Assembly: GCA_019058275.1 (NCBI GenBank)
Contig: JAHLVW010000050.1
Coordinates: 1 to 64,000, forward strand
DNA from: Candidatus Heimdallarchaeota archaeon
GTDB taxonomy: Archaea; Asgardarchaeota; Heimdallarchaeia; JABLTI01
Length of the DNA: 64,000 nucleotides
Direction: 5' to 3'
The position numbers and the translations under genes were made by a program. The notes below the pieces were generated by a model. The model worked only from the letters and a program-made list of their open reading frames with translations, made no database searches and was not told the DNA's origin. This document shows, piece after piece, positions 30,633 to 40,775 of the stretch; position 1 is the stretch's first letter; every line of letters starts with the position of its first letter.

Positions 30633-32921
30633 TCAGAGTTCTTTAGAACGAGCCATGAATGAAGCATTAATAATTTGTTGAATAGCTCTAACGAGAGCAT
30701 CTTGTTCTGTTACAAAGCTTGTTAGCTCGCTGTCTCTAGTCGTTGGAGCTAATAGTACTTCTGCACCATCTCTTGTAACTGCGAAGAAGTCTCTCATTGT
30801 GTACTGCCAAATAGTAATATTTCCTTGTTCTTTGAGAGCAGCAAGGAGTGCTTCATCTCTAAATGGATCAACATCAGCGAGAACACGAATTCTCACTCTT
30901 TTTGAGATTTGTTTTGTTAACAGGTCAACCAAGTTCTGATCAATTGTTGGAATAACAATTGTGCATGTTGATTTCGTTCGTAATAGCATGTCAGATATTG
31001 CTGTCATAGAATTTTGATTTCCATAAATAATGATCGAATGGGGTTTTGGCACAGGGATTATTTGATCGACTGAATTAGTTATTTCTTGCAGGTAGGTTTT
31101 TGTCTCATTTACCTTGTAGATGATTCCTGCCAACCTGCTAGATATTTCATTACTGGAATTTGTGAATGAATCCTTTAGTGTTTCCAGGAATTTCTCTCCT
31201 GCATCTCCGATAATATTCAATGAAGCAGTTTGATCTCTATTCAATGTTGTTAGATATCCATCTAAGGTTCTTGTATATTCAGAAATCATTTCAGAAGCAA
31301 TTGATTTTGGTTTGCTTAGCTCTTCTAGCACTTGAGTCTTAAATGCGAACTTCATATCATCTGTTAGATAGCGTATAGTTTCCAATGCTTTGTTATTACT
31401 CTCATTGTGCATTCTCAATCTCTTTGATGAATTTAGGAATAGATTCTCCAATGCATCTTCTAGATCTGTAAATATAACATCTCTTAGTGGAGCTAAGATC
31501 ATTGATATGCTGTCCTTTAAACCTTCTACATGTTTTAAAGTGTTATTAAATGCCTCTTTTGAGGTGCTGGTGATCTTCGGATTTGTTTCCTTTAGCACAT
31601 CTTTTACTGCATTGTTAAGATCAGCTTCATATTTCTTAGCTACTACATCCCAATCTTTGCTTAATTTCTCTTTTAATGACTTTAATTGTGTAGATCCATC
31701 TTTCAGTTGTTTTGCGAGAACTGCATCATTGTTCTTCATTAACTGACCGATTCCATCAATGATGTTCTTTTGATAAATCTTAAGAGCTTCATCATATGCA
31801 CCCTTAATTTGTTGGGATAATTTATCGATTTTCTCAGATCGTTCTTTGGCTTCTTGCACTAATCTTGGATTAGGCTTCTTTAACAAACCAGTTTTTGCTA
31901 TTTCATCAATGTTCTCTTTTAGGTTTGAAGCTTCCACAGAGAGTTGGTCAATGTTCTTACCTATGTGTTCTATTACTTTTACAATTGCAGTATCAAGTTT
32001 ACTCTTCTCTTGGTTTATTATACCATGTGTAGTAGTCTTGTAATTAGATACTACGTCAGAGTAATTTTTAGCAGCTTTATTAGTTACTTCTACAATACCT
32101 TTATCAAATTCCTTTAAAGTAGTGCTTAACTCATTAATGCTGTACTTTGTAATTGATTTAACATTTTTCTGTAAAGTACTTATCTCATTTTTGTTCTCAT
32201 CTAGAATTGTCTTCAATCTTTCCGGAACAGTTGCTTTGTATTCAATAAGTGCATTATCTAATGGTTCAAGCATATCTTGTATTGTTTTATTCATCAACTG
32301 CTCAAATTTTTGCATTCTTTCAGTTGCTTTGTCTGATTCATCTCGAAGAAGTACACTTACCTCATTACTAAGATTTGATAATTCATTGCTGATGGATAAA
32401 AAGGTCTTTGAGAATCCTTCTGTAAGCATTAAATCAAAATCCTCAGCTAAATTGGAGACTTTATCAGAATGACGATAAATGGAATTTGTTAAATCCATTT
32501 TAAGCTGTTCATTAGAAGTTCGTAATTCTTCTGCAACTTTATCAAAGATAGGAGTGATAGAAGATTTGAATTCAGACATATGCTGAGTTAAAGTATCATA
32601 GCTTTGATCAAATACATTGATTAGTGAGTTTTCAATCCCAATAATGTCATTTTGGAATTCCTTTTCGACAAATAGAAATCCTTTGAGGAAAGGTTCTACA
32701 GCAATGTATCTGTTGATTTTCCCCTCAATCTTTTTTAAATAACCTCTATTAGACAGATCTTGAACAATCTCTTGTAATTCATCTAGTTGTATTCCTGTTT
32801 GCAGATACATTTCACCAAGGGAAGCATTACCAATTCCCAAAATTGTCAAATATACTTGTTGTTCTAGCTCTGAAAAACCTATTTGACTTAATAGTGAACT
32901 TTGGACATTCTTTAATGACAT
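30633..32921 (-). CDS. TrmB-type wHTH, long helical/coiled-coil region, and PLD-like C-terminal domain
   Basis: GFSELEQQVYLTIL...LSNRGYL...YIAVEP; about 550 aa of amphipathic helices; C-terminal CTIVIP, RIRVLAD, VTRDGAEVLLAP without an HKD motif. Confidence 0.7.
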   Translation of the reverse strand: MSLKNVQSSLLSQIGFSELEQQVYLTILGIGNASLGEMYLQTGIQLDELQEIVQDLSNRGYLKKIEGKINRYIAVEPFLKGFLFVEKEFQNDIIGIENSLINVFDQSYDTLTQHMSEFKSSITPIFDKVAEELRTSNEQLKMDLTNSIYRHSDKVSNLAEDFDLMLTEGFSKTFLSISNELSNLSNEVSVLLRDESDKATERMQKFEQLMNKTIQDMLEPLDNALIEYKATVPERLKTILDENKNEISTLQKNVKSITKYSINELSTTLKEFDKGIVEVTNKAAKNYSDVVSNYKTTTHGIINQEKSKLDTAIVKVIEHIGKNIDQLSVEASNLKENIDEIAKTGLLKKPNPRLVQEAKERSEKIDKLSQQIKGAYDEALKIYQKNIIDGIGQLMKNNDAVLAKQLKDGSTQLKSLKEKLSKDWDVVAKKYEADLNNAVKDVLKETNPKITSTSKEAFNNTLKHVEGLKDSISMILAPLRDVIFTDLEDALENLFLNSSKRLRMHNESNNKALETIRYLTDDMKFAFKTQVLEELSKPKSIASEMISEYTRTLDGYLTTLNRDQTASLNIIGDAGEKFLETLKDSFTNSSNEISSRLAGIIYKVNETKTYLQEITNSVDQIIPVPKPHSIIIYGNQNSMTAISDMLLRTKSTCTIVIPTIDQNLVDLLTKQISKRVRIRVLADVDPFRDEALLAALKEQGNITIWQYTMRDFFAVTRDGAEVLLAPTTRDSELTSFVTEQDALVRAIQQIINASFMARSKEL

Positions 32922-33031
32922 TCTTATACACCCAGTATTAGCTTAATTTAGAATAATTCCAATAAATAAAATATTCTTTCCCTAGTAAATTAAAAAGTTA
33001 TTTGTTTTTATAACTATTTAATTATTGTTCT

Positions 33032-33556
33032 TCAAGCATTTTTGATTATCTGACCTTCTGTTACAGTTATAAAATTGAGTGTAACCATTAAATCCAGAAT
33101 ATCTTTTGTTGTTATTCTAATAACATAGAGAGTAAGATTTGTTTTTTTTAGCAATGTTGATGTTAATCTCTCCATAGTAATAAATTGATTATCCATTAAC
33201 ATTGATAGAATCAGATCAATTATACCAATACTCATTAGATAGTTTTGTAGTATTTCATCTACTTTAGAATCTGTAATTTCTTCTGAGGATAATTCTTCAA
33301 GTAATCGCAATCCATCTTTTGTAAACTTAAATTTACTTTTCTTCTTCTCAAATATTGGTATCCATTCACAATCATTATATCTTTGACAATGGTCACCACA
33401 AATAGGAATTTTTGTCCGAATAACTTTGACTAATCCTAGCACTTCTAAAGAGTTCAAGCCTACGTTAAATCGTTCTTTAAAGTCATAAGTACACCCGATT
33501 TCATTTAATGATAATAATTCAAGCATTATGTCTTTTAGATTGTTAGCAATTAGCAT
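33032..33556 (-). CDS. Tandem winged-helix-like protein with a Cys-rich insertion
   Basis: LEVLGLV...FTKDGLRLL and LMVTLNFI wHTH-like ends; CGDHCQRYNDC insert. Confidence 0.5.
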   Translation of the reverse strand: MLIANNLKDIMLELLSLNEIGCTYDFKERFNVGLNSLEVLGLVKVIRTKIPICGDHCQRYNDCEWIPIFEKKKSKFKFTKDGLRLLEELSSEEITDSKVDEILQNYLMSIGIIDLILSMLMDNQFITMERLTSTLLKKTNLTLYVIRITTKDILDLMVTLNFITVTEGQIIKNA

Positions 33557-33569
33557 GTTCTCTTTCTCC

Positions 33570-36500
33570 TTAAACTTTGATTTTTTCCGATTGTATTTCT
33601 TCAGCTAGATTTTCTTTTTTCAACTCATCAAATGTTCTAAATGCTTCGCTGAAAATTGCTTTCGCTTCATCTTCCTTACTATCAGCACTTTTTTCAGTGA
33701 ATGTTCGTCGATTTCCAACAATAATCAATTTCGCTTTTGCCCTACTTATTGAAACATTCATCTGTCTCCAATCTCTGTGCAGTTGACCTATAATGTTCAG
33801 ATCATTACTGTTAGTTAAACTTAGAATTATGATTTCCCGTTCATCACCCTGGAATCTATCAACAGTATCTACACGGATCTGTTCAATTACTTCTTCAGGC
33901 AAATTCCTTGCCCTAAGTTCCCCATAGATAAGATTGTTCTGGTGACGATATGGTGAAATTACTCCAATTTCCTTTGCTATTTCTATTTGACTTTTCTTGT
34001 TATAAGCTCCTAGAAACTCAGCCAGAACTTTGGCAATTATTTTTGATTCACGTATGTTAAATCGAGATTCAGTTTGTATATCTACTTCTTGTATACCCTC
34101 AATAGCTTCTTTATCCTTTTCAGTATTGACTAAGATTACTGGTTTATTTGGTTCAAATAATGTATTTATGAGCTCGGATCGAGACTTATCATCTTGAATT
34201 GATGTATCATATGGTTTCAAAAATTTTTCAATTGTATGTGTTCCAATCTTATCATTTGCTGGAACATAATTAATAGTTGGATAGAAACCATTCTTTACTA
34301 TTCTCGAGATTGCTTCATTCATACGATATTGTTCTGATAGTATGATAACATTTTCAGTTTTCTTGGACCAGATTCGGAATAGTCGTTCAAAAAGTGAAGT
34401 TTTCAATGTATCATTTTCTCTTAGACCTGCCTTTAGTAGTACTTTAGGAACTTTAGGTGTATGTTCAATCGTTTCTTCAGTAACAACAGGTGGAAGCTGT
34501 TTGTGGTCTCCTACTAAAACCACCCTTGGATATCTTTCTTGTGATTCAGTAGCTGGACACATGTGTCTAAGCGCTCCTAAACTTGCAGGTTCAGTTGCTT
34601 ACCCAGCTTCATCTACAATTACCCAATGAAACTTTACTCCTTTCAAAAGATTATTTCCTACGCTTCCAAGTGTTCCAACCATAATTCCTGATTTTTTGTA
34701 AAGCTCAATACCTTTCTTTAAGACAGTCACTAGAACATCAGCGTCAGCTTTTTCTTCCATTTTCTCTTCAAATTTAACTTGATTTGATAAGATGAATTCC
34801 TTAACTTCGTCAGAGTGATCCTTTGAATATGACTCGAGACGAACAATGTAAGGTTTAAATTCTTCAAAAGAAGATAATTTAGCTATCACTTCATCTGCAG
34901 CTCGATGAGTATTTGCTAATATTAGCACTGGTTTTGATAAATCAAATTCAGCATCATCAACTTGACTTGAATTTAGTAAATAGTACTCAGAAAAAATTTC
35001 CTTGGCTAATTGAGATATCATTCTTGTTTTTCCAGAACCAGGAGGTCCTTGTATAAGTAATATATCTCCAGGATTCAAACCAAGTGCTTTTTCAATAGCT
35101 TCTACCTTGAACTTGTCTAAAGTCTTAAGGAGTTTTTTTCTCTTTATTGGTTTGATTTTATTAGGTTTGGTTATCCCTAGAATTAGTTTAGTCATATGAG
35201 GTAATTCTTCATCATCAATTCTCCTACCAAGAATTCCTGAGCGATTCATTGATTCAAAAAGAAAATCGGTTAATGAACGGGATTGTCATTTTGAAAAGAT
35301 AACATTTTCAACTTGATCGATTCTGAAGTTTTCAGCGATTTTTCCTCTTCTTTTCAAAGTTGAGCGAGTTTTAATGGTTATTTCATTCGAACTTGAAGAT
35401 GAAATCTTTCCTTCAACGCTAAATATCTCTCCTGGTAATAAATGGGATGGAGTAACAAAAACATCATCACCTTCTCTTATTCTAGTAAAGATTTTCTTAT
35501 CTGATGTTAAAGTTAAGATATATCGATAAGGATCGAATTTCTTCAGTTTTAAGCTTGGTATCGTAATTCCTTGATCCTCTAACTTTTCGATTTCAGTTGT
35601 TGCTAATCGATGGAGATATTTCTTTACATTATTCAATTCAAATCTTAGTTGTCTGAAATACCAAGACCAATACTCATACAACTCTTGTGGGAAATGTAAC
35701 CAGATATCAGAATCAAGTAAACGTCGTCCATCAGAGCATATGCCTTGTTGATTAGATGGACAGTAATTACAAATTCTGTGCCAATTACTGCTTAGGAAAT
35801 TAAAATCAGTTCCAAGTGCAGGCATAAATCTCTTCGAAAGGAATTTGTTTATTTTATATCGATCATAACCTGATAGTAACCCAGATTCTATTGCAAATGC
35901 AATGTTCCTTGTTTGTAGTAAAAGGTCAAGATACTCATTACTTTGGTCATCTAATAATTCGATTTTTCTTCTCTTAATAACTGCATGATCTTGTAATGGG
36001 ATAATTTCAGGATTATCTTCAGCTAGTTCTGCATCTGCATCAAAAAATTCAATGTATGCTCTTGGAGCTTTTCCGGTCACCTTTTTGATTATTTCATGAT
36101 AAGCAAATGCTTGAATTCCACCAGGATGTGTAACTCCAGTAAGAGGATCATAATCAGATTCTATAAAGTAGCGACTGCCAGTTTTAATCTCCCAAAGTTC
36201 ATCATAATCTTTCTTAAGAATAATCTGATCGGCTCTGCCTGAAATTCCTCTTTCCAATGAAAAAAGTAAAGTTTCATTTAACAATTGATTTTCATCTATC
36301 TTTTCAAATTGCTCAGCTATTTTATCAACGATTATAGAATCGACTTGTAATGATAATTTTAAATCCTTACTTGGATCTCTATAGTAATTTTTCCTTAGCA
36401 ATACTTCAAAATTGTCTCTCCATTCATCAAGCACAGCCCTATTGTAATCTTGCATTGCTTTGACTGGATCTGCGCTTCTAACCCACTCATTAGAAGCATA

Positions 36501-37049
36501 TTGAATCCCTTTATGGATTGCATTTCCTCTAACAAAACCTATTGAAGTTGGCGAATTTCTAATGCTTCTTTGAAGTCCTAAAAATGATTCATAAAAGTAT
36601 TTTGCTGGACAATTAAAAGCAAGCTCTAGTTCTCCTCCGGTAATATTGTAATCTGGTGAAATGATAAACTTCAAAATAACTAATTGTCCACTTTCTTCTG
36701 TATCCTTTCCATTTTCTGTTCTCTTACTAGGTTTCCAAATGGCTTTCATTATTTGTAATAGTAGTTCTGGTTGACGTCTTTCAGAAGCTAAACCAGCATA
36801 GCAGTACCTGAGAACATTATGATAATGCGAAAATGTAGAATCTTTTGGTTTTCCAGGATACCATTCCATTGGGTAGATAATAGCATTACAAATATGTGCT
36901 CTTGTCTTTGGATCAAGAATTTTCAAAGAAAGCTGATAAGCATTTCCTTCTAATTCCCTAGTTCTAATAGCTAGAATTTGGAAATCAACAAATTTCGGGA
37001 TACCAAGTGATGATTTCAGAACTTCTAAATGTGTGGATATTTCATCCAT
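33570..37049 (-). pseudogene. Dna2-like PD-(D/E)xK Fe-S nuclease fused to an SF1B helicase, with two in-frame stops
   Basis: CPAKYF, ISGRADQ, WEIKTG, QAFAY, CNYCPSNQQGIC; GPPGSGKT, DEAG*ATEP, GDHKQLPP, QYRMN, TVDRFQGDE, NVSISRAK; the three track ORFs share one frame (TGA 35286-88, TAA 34599-601). Confidence 0.85.
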
Positions 37050-37063
37050 TAAGCATCCACCCA

Positions 37064-37909
37064 CTATTTATTCTCCCTAAATATTGAGAAGCTAAAATTC
37101 TTCTTAGTTTCTTCAAGAAATTCTACATCATAAATTGCACTTAAATGATCTATGAAAATGGTTTTTAAGGCAAAAGCACTAGCCATGGTTGGAATTTTCT
37201 CCATTTGCTCCTTCAAACCTGTTCCATGTTCCAAGTATAATCTTAGTAGTTTTAATGCCTTATCCAACACTTCATCAGTTTCTGCTATATTATCAAATAT
37301 TTCTTTATTGAGCAAATAAATTTTGAATAACCAAATATACGCTGCTAAGTATTCTCTATTGAGTAGAGAGATTGAACATCTTGCTAATTGTTGTTGAGTT
37401 CTGATCTCAGCATTTTCATCTTGGAGTTGCTCAGCAATTTTGTAAAGATTATCAATTGATTTTCGATAATAATTTTGTTCAGAAAGCGATAATTTATCAT
37501 ATTTTGGAATGGAATTAACTATATCTTCGAAAAACTTTCCTTTACTTTTTACTATTCTTTCAGGTGATGTTTGAACTACTGATACCATTAATTTTCGAAG
37601 TTGTTTATAGAGATTAATTCTTTGTTGAAGGATTTGATCATGGACTGTATCAGCTGCTTGAGTTAAATGATTCTCACTCTTTTTGAATTGCCAAGAATTA
37701 ATTGTACTAACTCCTTTTCTAAAATTACTTAGTGCTAAATCTGCAGCTGGATCCAGAAACTCCTTCTTGTACTTCAGGGGAGCACCTGTTCTTTCTGAAG
37801 CCAGAAGCTTAATTATTATCTCTTCATGAGAATCATTTTCCTCTAAGGTAATTATCGGATCTTTCGAATTGTATCTTTCAGATTCGATAATTTCTATATT
37901 ATTTTTCAC
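37064..37909 (-). CDS. Helical hypothetical protein (TPR-like segments), first gene of the nuclease-helicase operon
   Basis: 281-aa ORF whose stop lies 14 nt before the helicase ATG. Confidence 0.65.
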   Translation of the reverse strand: MKNNIEIIESERYNSKDPIITLEENDSHEEIIIKLLASERTGAPLKYKKEFLDPAADLALSNFRKGVSTINSWQFKKSENHLTQAADTVHDQILQQRINLYKQLRKLMVSVVQTSPERIVKSKGKFFEDIVNSIPKYDKLSLSEQNYYRKSIDNLYKIAEQLQDENAEIRTQQQLARCSISLLNREYLAAYIWLFKIYLLNKEIFDNIAETDEVLDKALKLLRLYLEHGTGLKEQMEKIPTMASAFALKTIFIDHLSAIYDVEFLEETKKNFSFSIFRENK

Positions 37910-38087
37910 TGTATCTTGAATGGTTTTCTGTATTATTCTTTAATTTCCAACCCTTAGCAATTGAATTCTAACACTATAAAATTGAGAAACAATCATCTAA
38001 TAAAAATTCATTGTCTCGAGTTTAAATGATTCATTTTAGTTTTAAAAATCTAAGATAAAGAGGTCAACGAAAGTAAAATCAGATTGA

Positions 38088-38213
38088 AATAACATCCTTA
38101 ATTGCAAATACAACGAATTTGTCTATATATTTACAATTAGTGGTGTTATACTTCTAGTAACAATAGGCACTACAGCTATTGGTGTTATAAAATTCAAAAG
38201 ACGAAAAGAGTAG
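38088..38213 (+). pseudogene. Orphan C-terminal membrane-anchor remnant
   Basis: Start-less frame ending FVYIFTISGVILLVTIGTTAIGVIKFKRRKE* (TM helix plus basic tail). Confidence 0.4.
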
Positions 38214-38245
38214 AAAAAACTATTTTCTATTCATGATTTCTTTTT

Positions 38246-39088
38246 CTAAACATTTTTACTTTCAGCCAAAGATGAAAGAATTGTACCTCTAGTTAGTAAT
38301 AGCTGTATTTTTTCATTTTTTGGAAAGCGACCAGCAACACATCTTAATTCATCAAGTACTTGATTTAACTCATCAATTCTATTTTCTCGAGCAAATGTAC
38401 CTATAATACTTGTTAGTGCTTGAGCAAATTCAGACAGTATATTAGGATCATCTCTATTCTTATTCGCTAACATTCTAATTTCAAATAGTAATTTATCACA
38501 AGTAAAATTATGACGATCTGAACAGAAACGACTGATAGCATTTGAATAGCTCTTAGCGAAATGTGTTAAAACCACTTTGTTATCTTTGTATTCCTTAACT
38601 AATTTCCTCAATTGATTCAAGATCTTTGAAGTTCCTTCGACATCCCAGGAACCACGCAGATAGGAAATAACATTTGAGAATGTTTCAGCTAAGTATTCAG
38701 TTAAAATTTCATTCTGAGGATTGCTTTTTTGAAGCTTTTGTAATTCATCTAAAATATAAAACATATCAGCAAATGATTTTCTTGCACCAAACATTCTAAT
38801 GGAACTTTTAAGTGACTTAGCAAAATTTTTTTGAATCGCTTTGTTAAAAGGGTAATTTTCGTTAAATGTTAGGAGTTCTTTAAACCAATTATAGAACTCT
38901 GAAATTGGTTGTTGTGAAGCAAAGTGAGTTATAAGATCAACTAATTCCTTTGATCGATTCACAGCCATTGCTTCTGCATCCGAATGGGATTTTCCTTTTA
39001 ATCCAGATGGTGTTTTCATTTTAGCTTTACCCTTTAAAACTGAATCAAAAATGTAAGTAATGAAAATTAACCTTTGGTTATATACCAT
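38246..39088 (-). CDS. TPR-like alpha-solenoid repeat protein (paralogue of 62461..63714)
   Basis: About 5 repeats of LxxxxPxNxxIxxxxAxxxxxxI. Confidence 0.7.
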   Translation of the reverse strand: MVYNQRLIFITYIFDSVLKGKAKMKTPSGLKGKSHSDAEAMAVNRSKELVDLITHFASQQPISEFYNWFKELLTFNENYPFNKAIQKNFAKSLKSSIRMFGARKSFADMFYILDELQKLQKSNPQNEILTEYLAETFSNVISYLRGSWDVEGTSKILNQLRKLVKEYKDNKVVLTHFAKSYSNAISRFCSDRHNFTCDKLLFEIRMLANKNRDDPNILSEFAQALTSIIGTFARENRIDELNQVLDELRCVAGRFPKNEKIQLLLTRGTILSSLAESKNV

Positions 39089-39095
39089 ATTTTTG

Positions 39096-39129
39096 AAAAA
39101 ATGAGAAAAATTGGATGGAAATCATCCAA
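39096..39129 (-). terminator. Hairpin plus U-tract after the carboxypeptidase pair
   Basis: TTGGATG/CATCCAA stem followed on the minus strand by TTTTTCTCATTTTTT. Confidence 0.5.
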
Positions 39130-39156
39130 AGTTAAATTCCAGTAAGGTATAATTAG

Positions 39157-40716
39157 TTAAGACTCTTTCAATCCATAAATCTTGGAAAATGTTCTATGAA
39201 GATAATCCAAGTAATATTTTGTTGAAAGCTCTTCACCAGTAATCTCTTTTATCAGATCTAATGGATCGTAAAGATTACCTTTTTGATGAACGTTTTTAAT
39301 TAACCAATCAACAACATCAGAAAGATTACCTTTTCTGACTTGGTCTCGCCATTTAGGAATATCTTGTTCAATTTTCCACAATAATTGTCCATCAATTATA
39401 TTGCCAATAGCATAACCTGGGAAAGTACCAAATCCTCCTCCAGACCAATGAACGTCTTGGAGCAATCCTTCTGCATCATTCTCGATAGTTACACCAAGAT
39501 ATTCTTTCATCTTTTCATTCCAAATTTTAGGTAAATCATCAAAAGAGATATTTCCAGCAAACAAATCCTTCTCTATTTCGTGACGAACAATTATGTGCAT
39601 TGAGTAAGTGACAGGATCTGCTTCCACTCTTATTTTTGATGGGATAACTCTGTTGATAGCAAGAACAAATGGTTCCAAGTCAACATCAGCAAAGATATCA
39701 CCAGTTATCTCTTTCAATTTTGGCAGATAATATTCCCAGAATTCTTTACTACGACCAATTACATTTTCAATGAATCGTGATTGAGACTCATGAAAACCAT
39801 CTGAGCAATAAAATCCAACTGGTTGGTATTTGTATTCTTTTAGCATGTTTTGTTCATAGAGTGCATGTCCTGCTTCATGGAGCACTGCAAAAAATGAGCT
39901 TGAGAAATCATCTAATGTATAATTAGTAGTTATTCTAACATCATCATAGAACCCAGTAGTAAAAGGGTGAACTGTTTCATCAATACGACCAGAAGTTAAA
40001 TCATATTTTGCAGCTAATGCAGCGTCTTGTGAGATTTTTTCTTGGATATCTTTTGGACAATCTCTTTGAATCAATGAATAATCAGGTTTATTTGGTGAAT
40101 CTCTTATTGCTTTAATTAAAGGAATAAGTCCATCACGAAGTTCAGAAAACAGCTCATCAAGTTTCTCTCGAGTAATTCCAGGTTCACCCAAATCTAGTAA
40201 TACATCATAAGGATCTAAATCAGGATTTATGTACTGAGCCCTTTTCTTGATAAGATCAAAAATCTTGATTAATTCAGGTTTAAACAACTCATAATTAGAT
40301 TCCTTTTTCGCTTTTTTCCAAATTTCATTACCAATAGCTGATTGTTTGGCAATTGCTTTTACTAATTCCTTTGGTACCTTTGTTTCTCGGTCATATTCTT
40401 TCTTTATTAAATGGATATTTCTTTTTTCAGCAGCAGGTAGTTTCTGATACTTTTCATGTTCTTTGATTTGATCCAGTAAAGAACCCACTTCAGAATCTGT
40501 AATCCTTTCATGAAGCAATCCACTCATCATTGCAAATTCTTCAGACCGTTGTTCCGTTCCTTTTTCAGGCATATAAGTATCCAAATCCCAGTAAATATGG
40601 CTATAGATATTATTTAAGATAACAATATCTTTGTATTTATCCAACAGCTTTTGATATAAATCAAATTCATGAGTGTTTTTTGTCATCATTATACTCCAGA
40701 TACGGAAAAGTCTCAC
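39157..40716 (-). CDS. Thermostable carboxypeptidase, M32 family
   Basis: HPF, DVRIT, HEAGHALYEQ, HESQ, IRVEAD, GLLQDVHW. Confidence 0.95.
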   Translation of the reverse strand: MRLFRIWSIMMTKNTHEFDLYQKLLDKYKDIVILNNIYSHIYWDLDTYMPEKGTEQRSEEFAMMSGLLHERITDSEVGSLLDQIKEHEKYQKLPAAEKRNIHLIKKEYDRETKVPKELVKAIAKQSAIGNEIWKKAKKESNYELFKPELIKIFDLIKKRAQYINPDLDPYDVLLDLGEPGITREKLDELFSELRDGLIPLIKAIRDSPNKPDYSLIQRDCPKDIQEKISQDAALAAKYDLTSGRIDETVHPFTTGFYDDVRITTNYTLDDFSSSFFAVLHEAGHALYEQNMLKEYKYQPVGFYCSDGFHESQSRFIENVIGRSKEFWEYYLPKLKEITGDIFADVDLEPFVLAINRVIPSKIRVEADPVTYSMHIIVRHEIEKDLFAGNISFDDLPKIWNEKMKEYLGVTIENDAEGLLQDVHWSGGGFGTFPGYAIGNIIDGQLLWKIEQDIPKWRDQVRKGNLSDVVDWLIKNVHQKGNLYDPLDLIKEITGEELSTKYYLDYLHRTFSKIYGLKES

Positions 40717-40775
40717 ACAAATTTAAAGTATTATGCTGAACTGAATAAGAAAAAAAAAGGATGAGTATGGATCTT

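Noticed and set aside
34599-35288. Genome-wide stop-codon reassignment (TAA=Gln or TGA=Trp/Sec)
   Set aside because: TAA, TAG and TGA all terminate conserved genes at expected lengths (pyrG TAA, atpA TAG, SRAP and iorA TGA), and TGG/CAA are used normally.
35286-37049. Cas4 gene indicating a CRISPR-Cas locus
   Set aside because: The Cas4-like domain is fused in frame to an SF1 helicase, and no cas1/cas2 or repeat array is present in the window.
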